Shown here: piece by piece, positions 47,861 to 61,365 of the stretch
How positions within the stretch are numbered: position 1 is the stretch's first letter
How the letters are laid out: each line of letters begins with the position of its first letter
Assembly (NCBI GenBank): GCA_000004695.1
Contig: CM000152.2
Location: 2,656,001-2,720,000 of the forward strand
Reading direction: 5' to 3'
DNA length: 64,000 nucleotides
From: Dictyostelium discoideum
Lineage: Eukaryota
The notes under the pieces: model-generated
Told to the model about the DNA's origin: nothing
The model's database searches: none
Seen by the model: the letters and a program-made list of their open reading frames with translations, nothing else
Translations under genes and position numbers: made by a program

Positions 47861-49657
47861 TTATTTAAGGGGCCAACCAATTTTTAAAGATTGGACACTT
47901 GAAGGAATTGAATCTGTTAATAATAGGTCTTGGTTAGGAGATTTAAATATTAATGATCTAATATTTGGTGGAATTGAATCTAGAGATAAGTAGTGGTTAA
48001 ATTTTGAACCAAATTTTAAATATTCAACACTTGATGGAATTGAATTAGGTGATATTGGTTGATTGAATTCTTCTCCAAATGTTAAAGATTTAACAGTGGG
48101 TGGAATTAAATTTGGTAATAATGGTTTATTATATTTAAGACCAAATGTTAATGTTTCAATAGTGGTGTTTGATAAATGTAAAACTTGATTTAATTCTCTA
48201 TTAAAATTACATCCAAAAGTTAATGATTTTAAATTTGAAGGTATTGAATTTATTTCCAATGGTTGGTCAAAGCATTCACCAAATGTTAATGATTTGACAT
48301 TGGAAGGGATTACACCCTCTGGTATAGGTTGATTGAAATTTTTACCAAATGTTAAATGAAGAACACTAGATGGAATTATACCAGGTGATAAAGGTTGATT
48401 GAAGCAAATTCCAAATGTTAATGATTCAACATTTGAAGGAATTGATCCTTCCACTAATGGTTGATTAAAGAGTTGACCTAAATCCAATGTTTTAACACTA
48501 GATGGAATTAAACCAGGTAATAATCGATAATTGAAATAACCTTTGAATGATAATGTTTCGACACTTGATGGAATTGTTCCAATTAATAAATTTGGATTGA
48601 AACGAGATTGAAATGTTAATGTTTCAACACTTGATGGAATTATACCAGAAATTAAATTTTTTAGAATTCCAGCAGGTGAGAATATCAAAGTTTTAACACT
48701 TGATGGAATGGAACCAATTGATAGCTCTTGTGCAAAATCCCAACCAAATGTTAATGTTTCAACAGTGTTTGGAATTAAACCAACCGATAAAACTTGATTA
48801 AAACTATTTCCAAATGTTAAAGATTTAACACCATTTGGAATGGAACCAAAAAGTAATGGAAAATTAAAGTCGTCACCAATTTTTAAAGATTTAATAGTTG
48901 ATGGTATAGAATTTGGTAGTAATCTTTGATTAAAATTTAAACCCAAATCTAATGATTTAACACTTGGTGGTATTATTTCAAATGGTATATTTCTTTTAAA
49001 TTTATCACCAAATTTCAAATTTTCAACACCCAATGGAATTGATCCAACCAACAATTGTTGATTATATTCAAAAGGTAATATTAAAGTTTTAACACTTGAT
49101 GGAATTAAACCAGATGCTATTGGTTGATTGAAATTTGCACTAAATGTTAAAGATTTAAGATTTGGTAAACTATTAAAAAACTCTTTTGATAATGGTTGAA
49201 CAAAATTATGACCTAATGATAAAAATTCTACACTTGGAGGAACTGAATCTGCTAATAATTGTTGATTGAAATAAAGTCCAAATTCTAATTTTTTAACACC
49301 TAAAGGAAGTGTATCTTTAACAATTGGTTGATTAAAATCTGAACCAAATTTAATAGATTCAACACTTGATGGAATTGAACCTTGTAATATTGGCTGATTG
49401 AATTTATAACTAAATTCCAAATATATAACATTTGGTGGTATATTTCCATATGAAAACTTTTCATTTGTATCATAAAATAAATGTTTTATAAACTCTCTAA
49501 ATTTAAAATTTATTAGTCTTTCTTTTGAATTTATTGTAATTTTAAAACTCTTATTTAAATATCTAATATAATTTATTATATAATTTTTTAAAAATTTATT
49601 TCTCCAAATACTAAATAGAAAATTATTCTCTTCATCAAATTTATTTATTATTTTCAT
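47861..49657 (-). CDS. FNIP repeat-containing protein (598 aa, single exon)
   Basis: More than 20 tandem ~22-aa FNIP units (F-G/N-x-x-F-N-Q-P/L-L..x-S-I-P-x-S/N-V-K/E-x-L). Confidence 0.8.
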   Translation of the reverse strand: MKIINKFDEENNFLFSIWRNKFLKNYIINYIRYLNKSFKITINSKERLINFKFREFIKHLFYDTNEKFSYGNIPPNVIYLEFSYKFNQPILQGSIPSSVESIKFGSDFNQPIVKDTLPLGVKKLEFGLYFNQQLLADSVPPSVEFLSLGHNFVQPLSKEFFNSLPNLKSLTFSANFNQPIASGLIPSSVKTLILPFEYNQQLLVGSIPLGVENLKFGDKFKRNIPFEIIPPSVKSLDLGLNFNQRLLPNSIPSTIKSLKIGDDFNFPLLFGSIPNGVKSLTFGNSFNQVLSVGLIPNTVETLTFGWDFAQELSIGSIPSSVKTLIFSPAGILKNLISGIIPSSVETLTFQSRFNPNLLIGTIPSSVETLSFKGYFNYRLLPGLIPSSVKTLDLGQLFNQPLVEGSIPSNVESLTFGICFNQPLSPGIIPSSVLHLTFGKNFNQPIPEGVIPSNVKSLTFGECFDQPLEINSIPSNLKSLTFGCNFNRELNQVLHLSNTTIETLTFGLKYNKPLLPNLIPPTVKSLTFGEEFNQPISPNSIPSSVEYLKFGSKFNHYLSLDSIPPNIRSLIFKSPNQDLLLTDSIPSSVQSLKIGWPLK

Positions 49658-49677
49658 TTTTTAAAATTAGAGAAAAA

Positions 49678-49713
<36 letters not shown>

Positions 49714-50626
49714 AAATTTTTTTTTTTTTGTTTTTTAACAAAAAAAAAAAACACATAGTGCCAAATTAAAAAAATCTTTTTTTATTTAGGAAAATAAAAA
49801 TAATAAAAGTAAAAAAAAAAAAAAACAACCAACCCACTAGTGTGCATATAACTACTTTAATTTAATGCTAAAATTTTATTATTTGGTCAACCTTATTTTT
49901 TATTTTAAAACTGTTTTTTTCTTTTTTATATATTTGGGTTACTAATAAAACTAATGATACTAATTTACTAAATCAAAAAATAATTTAGTATACTAATTTA
50001 ATTAATTTAATTTAGTATACTAAATCAAAAAATAATTTATTTTATTTATTTTAGAATAGATTTTTCAGTTTTTTTTTATAGAAAATAATTTTATTTTCAT
50101 TTTTTTTTAAATTAAATTTCTAAAATAAATCAAAGTTATTTAATTAACCTTTAATTTATTTTTTTTTTTATTTTTATTTTTATTTTTATTTTTATTTTTA
50201 TTTTTATTTTTTTTTTATTTTTATTTTGTTTTTTTTTTTTTTTTTTTTTTTTTTCAAAATTTTATTTGAAATTTAAGATTTTTTTCAATGGTTTTAATTG
50301 AAAAAATTCTTAAATTTCAATTGAAACCAAATAAATAAAAATTTAGATTTTATAAAATTTTAAATAAGATATACAATGCTCACAAACATTATAAATACAA
50401 TGAATTTTTCCCAATTTTTTTTTTTTAATTTTATTCTAAACTAAGAAACACAACAAATTAATTAAATTGTAATAAAATATAAAATATAAAATAAAATAAA
50501 TAATCAAACAAATGGCAACTCTTTATGATATTTTTAATGAAATTAATAATAATAATAAAAGCCAAAGTTTTGTTAATGATAGAATGGAAATCATAGCAGA
50601 TATGGATGTAACACGTAACAGATGAT

Positions 50627-50817
50627 ATGTTTGTATTGAATTTTGAATTAGCAGGTGTCAATAAGAATGATATTAAAATTGAAATCAAAGATTCATTATT
50701 ATGTATTCAAGGTGAAAAATATAAATCAATGAACAACAACAACAAAAATAACTTACAAATTAATAATGATGATAAACCAATGATAGAAGAAGAAGATGAT
50801 GATTCATCATCATCTTC

Positions 50818-50894
<77 letters not shown>

Positions 50895-51106
50895 GTAATA
50901 ATAATAATAATAAATCATCAAAAACAAATGATAAAAAGTTTATTTCAGAAAGATCTTTTGGCCACTTTGAAAAATATTTAGATTTATCACCAGTATTTTA
51001 TCAATTAGATTTAAGTACAATTAATGCTCAATTCGAGGATGGTCTATTAACAATTACTGTAAGAAAAACTAACCTTTCAAATAATATTAAAATCCAAATA
51101 AATTAA
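50627..51106 (+). CDS. Small heat-shock protein, HSP20/alpha-crystallin domain (at least 159 aa)
   Basis: MFVLNFELAGVNKNDIKIEIKDSLLCIQGEK ... ISERSFGHFEKYLDLSPVFYQLDLSTINAQFEDGLLTITVRK. A poly-Asn linker is encoded by (AAT)n. A possible N-terminal extension from an ATG at about 50515 is out of frame by one nucleotide. Confidence 0.7.
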
Positions 51107-51252
51107 ATAATTTTAAATAAATCAATTTAAGTATGTAATATATATTACATTCACCAAAAATTTTAATTATAATAATTATTTTATTTTATTTTTTATTTTT
51201 TTTTTTTTGATTTCTTTTTTTTTAAAATTCTTTGAAAGTGCAAGTTGTTTTT

Positions 51253-51359
<107 letters not shown>

Positions 51360-51383
51360 AACAACTCAAAACAAACAAATAAA

Positions 51384-52017
51384 ATGGTTAAAAAAAGTAA
51401 TAGAGAAGAAGACTATAATATACTTTGTTTTACAATTGTTAGTGGAAAAATTCTTGAAGCATATGATTCTAATGGTTTGGCAGATGGTAAATTTTTTTTA
51501 TTTTTTTTTAATTTTTTTTTAATTTTTTTTTTTGGGAATTTTTAGTTTTTAATATACTAATAGTTATGTGAAAATAAAAATAAAAACCAAAAAATAAAAA
51601 AAAAAAGGGTATTGTAAAGTTGGATATTTAGATGAAACTAAAACACCAAATAAGGTTAAATGGTTATTAAAGACAACAGTATGTAATAAAACATTAGAAC
51701 CACATTGGAGTTATTCAGAAGCTTATTGGGTACCAAAATATGTTACCCAAATTCAATTAGAATTATTTGATCATGATATAATTGGTAGTGATGATTTCAT
51801 TGGTAGTGTTATTGTTGATATATCAAATTTAATAGAAGGTACACCTGAAGTTGAACAATATTCACTTGTTAAAAAAGATGGTAAAACTAAATCTGCCTCT
51901 GTATTATTTATGATTCAAAAGTGTCCAACAACTGATGAATTTAAAATTCATTGTAAAAATGCTACAAAATTAGAACTAATTTCAAATGAAATTAAAAAAG
52001 AAACTAATAAACTATAA
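51384..52017 (+). CDS. Small C2 domain-containing protein (2 exons, about 170 aa)
   Basis: Exon 1 51384..51486 (MVKKSNREEDYNILCFTIVSGKILEAYDSNGLAD), GTAAAT donor, intron 51487..51607, exon 2 51608..52017 (GYCKVGYLDETKT...LELFDHDIIGSDDFIGS...). These are C2-domain Ca-binding loop signatures. An A90 homopolymer lies about 30 bp upstream. Confidence 0.7.
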
Positions 52018-52290
52018 TTCATAATTTAATTTTTTCCTGTCTTTTTTTGGAATTTTAAAAAATTTCCAAGATTCTTTTTAATCTAGTAAAAAAAATAAAA
52101 TAAAATAAAATAAAAAAAATAAAAAAAAATGGAAAAAGTGTGTGAATAAGTATTGTTTACAAAAATATATTTTTTTTTTTTAAATTCGCGCCTATATATT
52201 GAAATAGGAATGATTATATTTTATTTATATATTGTATATGTATCTCTCTCCCTCTCTCTCCCTCTCTCTTCCTCTCTTTCTCTCTCATTA

Positions 52291-52621
52291 TTAATTATTT
52301 AAATCATCAAAGTCAATTATATTAATTATATTATTAGTTTTTGATGTTGAAATTGTTGGTGACAAAGCCAAATCCATATGATCAATTAAAGGTAATGTGT
52401 TATTTCCATTACTATTATTACTTGTGGTGGTTGTAGTTGGTATTGATAAATCAATATCCAATATTGATAATGATGATGAGGAAAATGTTTTTGATATGTT
52501 ACTTGTATTACTATTATTTCTACTATGACTAATATTACCAACAATACCACCACCATTACTATTTGTACTATTACATCTACTATGTCCATTACCATTACCA
52601 TTACTATTACCATTACTATTG

Positions 52622-52653
<32 letters not shown>

Positions 52654-53323
52654 TTCTTTATGAGTATTTAATAATTCACCAACATTTGATAACATTGAAG
52701 GTGATAATGCATTTGTTGGAGAAGTAGCTAAAGAGTTTGGTAAAGAAGTTGATGTTGAAATTGTTGAAGATCTTTTTTTATTTGGTGAATGTTGTTGTTG
52801 TAATTGTTGTTGTTGTTGATTTTGTTTTTCTTCTTGTTGTAATTGTTGTTGTTGTATTTGATCATTTCTTTTAAATTCATCAAATTTTTTAGAAGCATCT
52901 TCTAATAAACCATCAATAGTCCAATCTAAAGTATTTCTTAAAGCTGCTTCAAAAGTTGTTAAACAATATTGTTGTTTTTGTGAACATTGTGAAAAATCTG
53001 CATAATCTTGAATAAACATACACTCTGATAATGAATTTGTTATATTTGATTTAATTATAACATATGAAAAAATTGGTAATAATTCATCTGCACTAATTTG
53101 TGGAATTTTTTTATTATTCTTTTTCTTTAATTGTGATGATGATGATGATGATGATGTTGTTGTTGCTTTATTTAACCAATAAGTTCTAACAGATTCAGAG
53201 ATTGCATCAATACTATGTTCAATACATTCTAATTTCTCTGATGGTGTTGTAAATGATGATAATTTCTTTAAAATATCAATACTATTTTGATATGGTGGTA
53301 TACTTTCTTCAATATCATCAATA

Positions 53324-53382
<59 letters not shown>

Positions 53383-53783
53383 TATTTCCTCGTCGACATT
53401 ATTATTATTATAATTTGTAATATCATCTTTACTTGTATTTAATAAAATTGGTGATAATGAATCAGAATTATCTAATAACCAAAATTGTTGAGGTATACCA
53501 ATATGAATAGTTGTAATTGTTAATAATTGACCAACTTTACTTGAAAAAGTTTCATCATCTAATGAATATTTATGAGTGTATAATGATAAAATAATTTGAT
53601 AAATAAAAGAGTAAACTGATTTCTCAACTGCTAATCTAGTATATTGAATTCTTTGTTCTGTAGTTCTTAACTCTGGCATTTTATGTAAAATAGTTTGAGT
53701 ATATTCATAAATTATATTATTAATATCTGTTGCAATCTTTTCATTTGTAATTCTTGAATTATTATCTTGTTGTTCACCATCAG

Positions 53784-53831
<48 letters not shown>

Positions 53832-54867
53832 CATTATCATCACCAATAGTAACACCATTTGCAATAATTCTATCCTCAATTGCAAATACTAAAGATGAAA
53901 ATGATTTACCTAATTCAAATTCTTGATTTAATAATAGATTTGAAATGTTATCAATGATTTGATCTTTTTTATCTAAATTCTTTGATATCGATTTAAGGGT
54001 TTTCTTTTGTGAATCAGATTTGAAAATATCTAAACCTTTTTTTAAAAGATTGTCAAAATCGATTTCTTCAATTTTACCAATTTCATTATCGCCTGCAGCA
54101 ATGCTATATTCTAGAGTATCCGATAATGATTGTAAATTAGCTGACAGGGATTGCAATCTTGGTGATGATGTTGAGTTTAAGATTTTCTTTGGTTTTGATT
54201 CAGGTTGAGAGATTTCCAAGATTTGATTAATCATTTCAGATTCTTTCTCTTGATTGAAATTTAAAGTGTAATTACCAATTGAAACTAACCACATTATACA
54301 CTGTTTTGCATCGGTTGTCCAAAGGAAATGAGCGATTGAATTGTTTGGTGTACGTAATTTGAATCCATATCTAAGCGAATTACTATCATCCAATAATCTA
54401 ATATCAATATTTAATATTAATCTCTTTAGATCCAATACATCAACTTCTTCTAAATCTTGTGCTAAATGATTGAATAGAAATTGACCCCTTTGTACTAACC
54501 ATCTATTATCATTAACATTACCTTTTGGTTCACCCATTATCAATACATTATAAAACATACAACCTTCTGATATAATTGCTTCTGAATGTAAATTATTATT
54601 ATTATTGTTGTTGTTACTACTACTACTTTTATTTAATTGATTATTTGTTTTATTGATTGTTGTTGAATTTAATGATGAATTTAATGAAGAGGATGATGAA
54701 GAAGAATATAATGGAGCGTTTGAAGATGATGATGAAGATAAAGATGTAGATTCTCTATACTCTTTATAAATATCATTTAATATGTATCCAATATCTTTTG
54801 ATAAATCTTCTGACATTTTTTTAAATGAACTATTACTTTTATTTAAATTACTATTATTATTATTATT

Positions 54868-54903
<36 letters not shown>

Positions 54904-55614
54904 ATTATTGGTATTATTGGTATTATTATTGATGTTATTGGTGTTGTGGTTGTTGTTGGTATTATTTATATTTCTTTGGTTATAATTATAATTTGTTTGA
55001 TTTACAATTAATTGTGGTGAAGTTGGTAATGAATGTGATCTTTGTTGTCTATATGATTGTGCTTGATAAGATTGTTGTTGAGTTTGTGGTTGTGGTTGTG
55101 GTACAATATAATTATTTTGATAGGTTGGTGGTTGTTGTTGTTGTTGTGGTGGTGGTAGTGGTGAGATTGGTTGTAAATTATGTGAAGGATAAGGAGGCGG
55201 TGGTGACCTATATTGATCATATAGTTGTTGTTGATGATGATATGGTTGATAATAAGGTATATTATCATTATTATTATTATTAAAATTATTATTATTATTA
55301 CTATTACTATTACTATTACTATTTACATTACTTGAGTTACTTTTATATTCAACTGAACTCCTGTTGTTATTATTATTGTTATTTATATTATTAACATTTA
55401 TATTATTATTATAGTTTACATGATTTATATTATTATTATTATTATTATAATTATTATTATCATTATTACTATTATTATTGTTATTTTTATTTTTATTTGT
55501 ATCTAATGAATATGAAGGAATAAAAGATTGAATATACGGATTCTTATTTTGTGAATCGTTATTTAAATTATTATTATTCCTATTATTATTATTGACTTCA
55601 TTATAAAGATACAT
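52291..55614 (-). CDS. VPS9 domain-containing protein (putative Rab5-family GEF), 1107 aa, with long poly-Asn and poly-Gln tracts
   Basis: The VPS9 signature ISADELLPIFSYVIIKSNITNSLSECMFIQDYA...QQYCLTTFEAAL sits in the C-terminal third. The reading frame runs uninterrupted from the ATG at 55614. Coding (AAT)n and (CAA)n microsatellites are present. Confidence 0.7.
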
Positions 55615-55876
55615 TTTTTATAGTTATATATTGTGAAGAGGAAAAAAAAAAAAGAAACGAGCTTTCGTATGTTCCAAATTGTAAATGATTTTTTAGAAAA
55701 AAAAAGAAAATGCAAGGTGGCACCTTAGATTAAAAATTAAAAAAAACAAAAATAAAAAAAAAAAAAAAAATAAAATAAAATATATTTAATTTTAAAAAAA
55801 AATTAAAAAATAAAAAAATAAAAAATGGGAATTTAATTTAAAAAAAAAAATTTTATTTTAATTAAATAAAATCTAA

Positions 55877-55911
<35 letters not shown>

Positions 55912-56311
55912 AACAAGAAAAGAAATTGGGGAAAAAAAAAAAAAAAATAAAAAAAAAAAAAAGGGCTTTTTGAATAAAAATATTTATATTTGTGTGGTGG
56001 AATTGAAAGTTAATAAATAAACTTTATACCAAATAATTTTTATTTTTTATTAATTTTTTTATTTTTTTTATTTTAAAAAAAAAAAAATAATAAAAAAATA
56101 AAAAAAAAAAAAAATAAATAATAAAAATAAAAAAAAAAGAATTAATAGTGTAAATAAATTGTACAATGCTTTACTTTTTTTTTTTTTTCTTTTTTTTTCT
56201 TTCTTTTTTTTTTTTTTTTTTTTTTTTTCCATACCGTTGAACGATAATTTTTTTAATTTTTTTTTTTTTTTTTGAAAATTGGAAATATCTTTGCAATCAA
56301 AAAAGACTTTG

Positions 56312-56346
<35 letters not shown>

Positions 56347-56597
56347 TTTCCCCAAAAATCTGATTTGATTGTAATAATAATAAAAATAATAATAATTATT
56401 GTTTAATTGTATAATTATATTTTTAAATAAACCAACAATTGTAAATATATTTATTTATATCTGTATCATTAAATCAAAATATTTTGATTAGATAATACAA
56501 ATCCATTTTAATTTTAATTTTATTTATTTTAAAATCTCACACTGATATAAAATAATTATCAAATATTTTCAATAAATTATCGTTTTATTATTTCAAC

Positions 56598-56750
<153 letters not shown>

Positions 56751-57195
56751 ATTTTTATTGTGGTTTGAATTACAAGTCCACATATTCTTACCACTCCTAA
56801 CAGACGCACACATACACACTACACACACTCACATAACTCACACCACATTCCCACCACTACTAGCACACCCACAATAATAACAATATCACAATAATAAAAG
56901 TACTTAAAAATAAACAAATAATTGTTATTGTTTTTTTTTTGTTTTTTTTATTATTTTATATTTTATTTTTATTTTATTTTGTTTTTTTTGATATTAATTT
57001 AAAATTTATTAAATTATTATAAAATAAATACTAATATTATTAAATAAAATTAGAAAAAAAAAAAAAAAAAAACAACTCAACAGTATCAAGTTCAATCAAA
57101 CACACATATGATAATATAATTTTATTTTTTAATTTATTTTTTATTTTTTTTTAATTTGTTTTTTTTCAAAAATAAATAAATAAAAATAAAATACC

Positions 57196-59419
57196 ATGGT
57201 ATTAAGAGGTAGAGCAGGTTCAATGACACCTCAAGTCAATTTTAATAAATTAAGTGGTAGTGGTAATATTGAAGAAAGAAATAATAATCAATCATCATCA
57301 CAATCACAATCATCACCATCACCATCACAATCACCATCACTACAACAAAATCAATTAAATAGTAGTAATGGAATGAATAATAAAGTTAAAAATTTACTTG
57401 ATTTGGAAAATTATTATAAATCTATAAAAAAGAATATTACAGAGAATCAATTTGAATTTTCAATTAAAAAAAAAGAAAAAAATAGGACATTATTAGTTAA
57501 TTTAAAAGATAAAAGTTTGACAATTTTTAAATTATCAAAACGTGGGAATAAAAAAAATATAAAGAAATATTTAATTTCTGAAATTGAAAAAGTGAGTAAT
57601 TAATAGTTTATATATATTTATTTTTTTATTTTTTTTAATAATAATTAAACATATATTAACATATACGGTTTAATAATTTTTTTAAAAAAATTAGATTACA
57701 AAAGATAAAAAAGATAATAAAGAATTAATAGTTTTTAGAAGGAGTAAAAAAAAAGAAATGAAATTATATTTTTTAAATACAGAAAGAAGAGAATGTTTTT
57801 ATGAATTAATATGGATGACATGGAATAATAAAATTATGCCACCAACACCATTAAGTGGCGAAGAAGATGTTGAGGAAAAAGCTCAATATGAAAAGATTAG
57901 TATATTTATTTCAACCTGGAATATGGGTGATGCGCCACCACCAATTAATGAAGGTTTATTAAATAGTTGGATACCAAAATCAAAACCATATGATTTATAT
58001 GTTATTGGTGTTCAAGAATGTGAATATACTCCATTAAAATCAAAACATAAACAAACCCAATTAAATCAACCACAACAACAACCTCAACCACAACCCCAAC
58101 AGGCACAAGCACAACAACAACCACAACAACAAAATCAATCACAACAACAATATTCAGAATGTCAAGAAGATTGGTTTGGTACATTATCAGAACATTTAGG
58201 ACATGATTATTATAAAGTTGAAAGTACATCATTAGTTAAAATGAGAATTATTATATTTGCAAAGAAACAACATTATTATAAGATTAATTATATTGAGAAA
58301 GCATCAATTGGTACAGGTATTGGTAATATGTATGGTAATAAAGGTGGAACATGTATATCATTGTCATGGTGGGAAACATCATTTTGTTTTATGTCTTCAC
58401 ATTTTGCAGCACATCAAGAAAAGATTGAACAAAGAAATTCAAATTATAAAGATATCATCAAAGGCATTAAAATTGGTAATAAGGAATTGGACATTTTAAA
58501 TCAATATAATTATGTATTTTGGATGGGTGATTTAAACTATCGTATTGGTGGTGGCTTATTTAGAGAGGAGGTGCTAATGCATATAAAGAGTAAAAACATT
58601 AGAAAACTATTACAACACGATCAATTGAATCAACAAAGAAATCAAGAGAAAGTTTTCATAGGCTTTAAAGAAGAGCCAGTCGGATTCCTCCCAACTTATA
58701 AAACCCTCAGAGGAGTGGAGAATCAATACACCGAGGAGAAGCAACGTATACCCAGTTGGTGTGATCGTATTCTCCATAAGAAGCTACCCTACTCTCATGA
58801 TATCATTTGCTTGGAATACAACTCTGCCAATAGGATCACTACTAGTGATCATGTGCCAGTGTATGGGGTCTATGAATCGTACGTTAGAATGCCCTGTTCG
58901 CCCAATAGTAGCAGTTGCTCCAATGTTAAGAAACAAATTTGTCAAATCCTATTCAACGATTTACGTGCAGAGTGTTTGGATATGGTTGACAATGAGGAGA
59001 GGGCACCCGATGCCTATATCGTTTTCAATTCCTCTGCTTTCATAGCCACCGAAATCACTACCCCTCATGCCTACAAAAATAGAAATCCAATTTGGGGCGA
59101 TTTACCACCAATCACTCCAATCATTGAAAGACAAAACTTTTTAGAAACTCAACATCTCTTTCTTACATTTTATCACGATGATAAATCCATTGGTCATGCT
59201 GCAGTTCCTCTGGGTATTGGCTTTCAAAAGGAACCTTTTGCTTTTAAAACTAGAATCACTAGAAATGGTTTACCAGCTGGTACCCTATTTGGTTCAATTC
59301 ATATTGTTTATCAACAAATTTCTGATTCAAAATTAAAAATCTCTCCAAATCTATTAGGTAAATCAACTCCTGATACTTTTAAATTTTATCAACAATCATT
59401 ACCTTTACCAATACCACAA

Positions 59420-59491
<72 letters not shown>

Positions 59492-59591
59492 AGTGTTGGC
59501 GGTAGTGGCAGTAGTGCTAATAATTCAACTCCACCATTACCACCAAAAAATTATTTAAATAATAATAATAATTCAAATAATAACAATTCAA

Positions 59592-59624
<33 letters not shown>

Positions 59625-60121
59625 TTGGTTATACTAATAATGCCAATATTAATAATAATGGTTCTGCAGTATCTGAACCAAATTCAAATACTTCAACACC
59701 AATACTAACCCCAATTAAAAATTACCAACAACCTCAACCATCTCTACAATCTCAACAATTACCACCACAACCAACTACAACAACTACAACAACTACCACG
59801 ACTACAACTACAACAACGACCACTACTCAAACAATTAAACCATTACCAAATAATCAACCAGTTCAACTTAGAGAATATCTTTCTCGTGGTTTATCAACTG
59901 CAAGTATAGAGTTGGATGATTTGACAATGAATGATAATGCTATCATTCAATCGCAATCATCAATTTCAACTTCATCTGTAACAACAATTAACGATAATAA
60001 TAATAATAACAATAATACCAGTAATAATACCAGTAATAATAGTAATAATGCTGATGGTGTTGATGATAATATTCGTCCTCCATTAGAAAGACAATCTAGT
60101 CAATTAAGAAGAAGTGTATAA
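57196..60121 (+). CDS. Inositol polyphosphate 5-phosphatase (IPPc catalytic domain), 2 exons, about 941 aa
   Basis: Exon 1 57196..57591, GTGAGT donor, 103-nt AT-rich intron, acceptor TTAG at 57694, exon 2 57695..60121 in phase 0. IPPc motifs FWMGDLNYRI, PSWCDRILHK and TSDHVPV are present. The C-terminus is Q/N/T low-complexity. Confidence 0.75.
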
Positions 60122-60528
60122 TAATAATAATAATAATCAATAATAATGAATAATCAATAATAATGAATAATAAATAATTAAAAAGTAAAAATAAAATAAA
60201 CTGAACCAATACTTAAAAAAAACCATTATTCTCTCTCTCCTCTCATTTTTTTTTTTTTTTTTTATAAACTTTATCTTATTTAATAAAATAAAAAAGAAAT
60301 AATAATAAAAAATAGATTTGTTACTTTGGTATAACTTTTTTTTTTTTTTTGATTTTATTTTGTTTTATTTTGATTTTAATTTTATTTTTGATTCAAACCA
60401 AGTTTATCGCTAAATATTTAGGTTGATTAATTAATTTTTTTTTTTTTTCTTTTTTTTTCGTTATTATATACAGAAATAAAGAATAACTTGAATCCTTTTT
60501 TTTCTTGAAATTTTGTATTTATTTATAT

Positions 60529-60600
60529 TTAATGTTTTTCAATATGATCCCATGGATAATTTACACCCTAAAATTTTTAAAAATAATATTAATGAATAAC

Positions 60601-60661
<61 letters not shown>

Positions 60662-60884
60662 TAATAATAATAATTAGTAAATGAGCATGAACATGAAAAT
60701 GATCACTGTGTGTGTGTGTTGTGTGTTGAAAAATTGGGTAAATAATTATAGTACGCACAACGAAAGTTCTCCAATCTTGTTTTGCTCTGTAGAAAACCCA
60801 GAACCAAACAGTTGTACCTAAACCAACTGAAAGGAGTTTGTGTACTTTTGAAACGTGAAATGGTGCGTGATGACCTCCTGCCAT
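60529..60884 (-). CDS. NDUFB2 (AGGG)-like complex I accessory subunit, 2 exons, about 54 aa
   Basis: Exon 1 60759..60884 (MAGGHHAPFHVSKVHKLLSVGLGTTVWFWVFYRAKQDWRTFV) resembles the AGGG/WFWI region of NDUFB2. The proposed donor is GTGCGT. The intron contains an (AAT)n microsatellite. Exon 2 is 60529..60567 (GVNYPWDHIEKH, then stop). The single-ORF read-through would instead give HTHSDHFHVHAHLLIIIILLLL..., which is implausible. Confidence 0.45.
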
Positions 60885-61301
60885 TATTATTATTATATGT
60901 GAATATGTAAAATAAAAAAAAAAAAAAAAATTAAAAAAATTAAAAAAAAATCAAAATAATTTTTTTTATTTTTTTTTTATTTTTTTTTTTTTTTTGAAAA
61001 AAAAAATTAAAAAAATAATTATTATTTCTTATAACTTTTTATTTATATCATTAAAACTTTTATTTATTATTTGAATTCATAAGATTAAATAAATTTTCTA
61101 TTCTTTTTTTATTTTATATTTTTTTATATTAATTCCAAAAATAGATTAAGGTTTGAAATTATTTTTTTAAAAAAGCAAACAAAATAAAAAAATAAAGTTT
61201 TGCCAATTATCCAAAATGCAATTTACAAAAATTTAAAATCAATGTCATTTTAATAAATTAAAATTATAAAGTAAACAATCTTATTTGAACAATAATAAAC
61301 C

Positions 61302-61365
<64 letters not shown>

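Noticed and set aside
52386-55283. Several ORFs antisense to or overlapping the VPS9-domain gene (52386..52613, 54020..54208, 54782..54985, 54993..55283, 55008..55268), and similar ones inside the 5-phosphatase, Gag-PR and non-LTR ORFs (58002..58232, 58257..58499, 58761..59045, 45141..45326, 45855..46271, 42085..42291, 39681..40007, 33608..33814, 32337..32760).
   Set aside because: They overlap long, domain-bearing ORFs on the other strand or in another frame. Their translations are dominated by the reverse complement of (AAT)n and (CAA)n coding repeats (poly-L/V/I/H).
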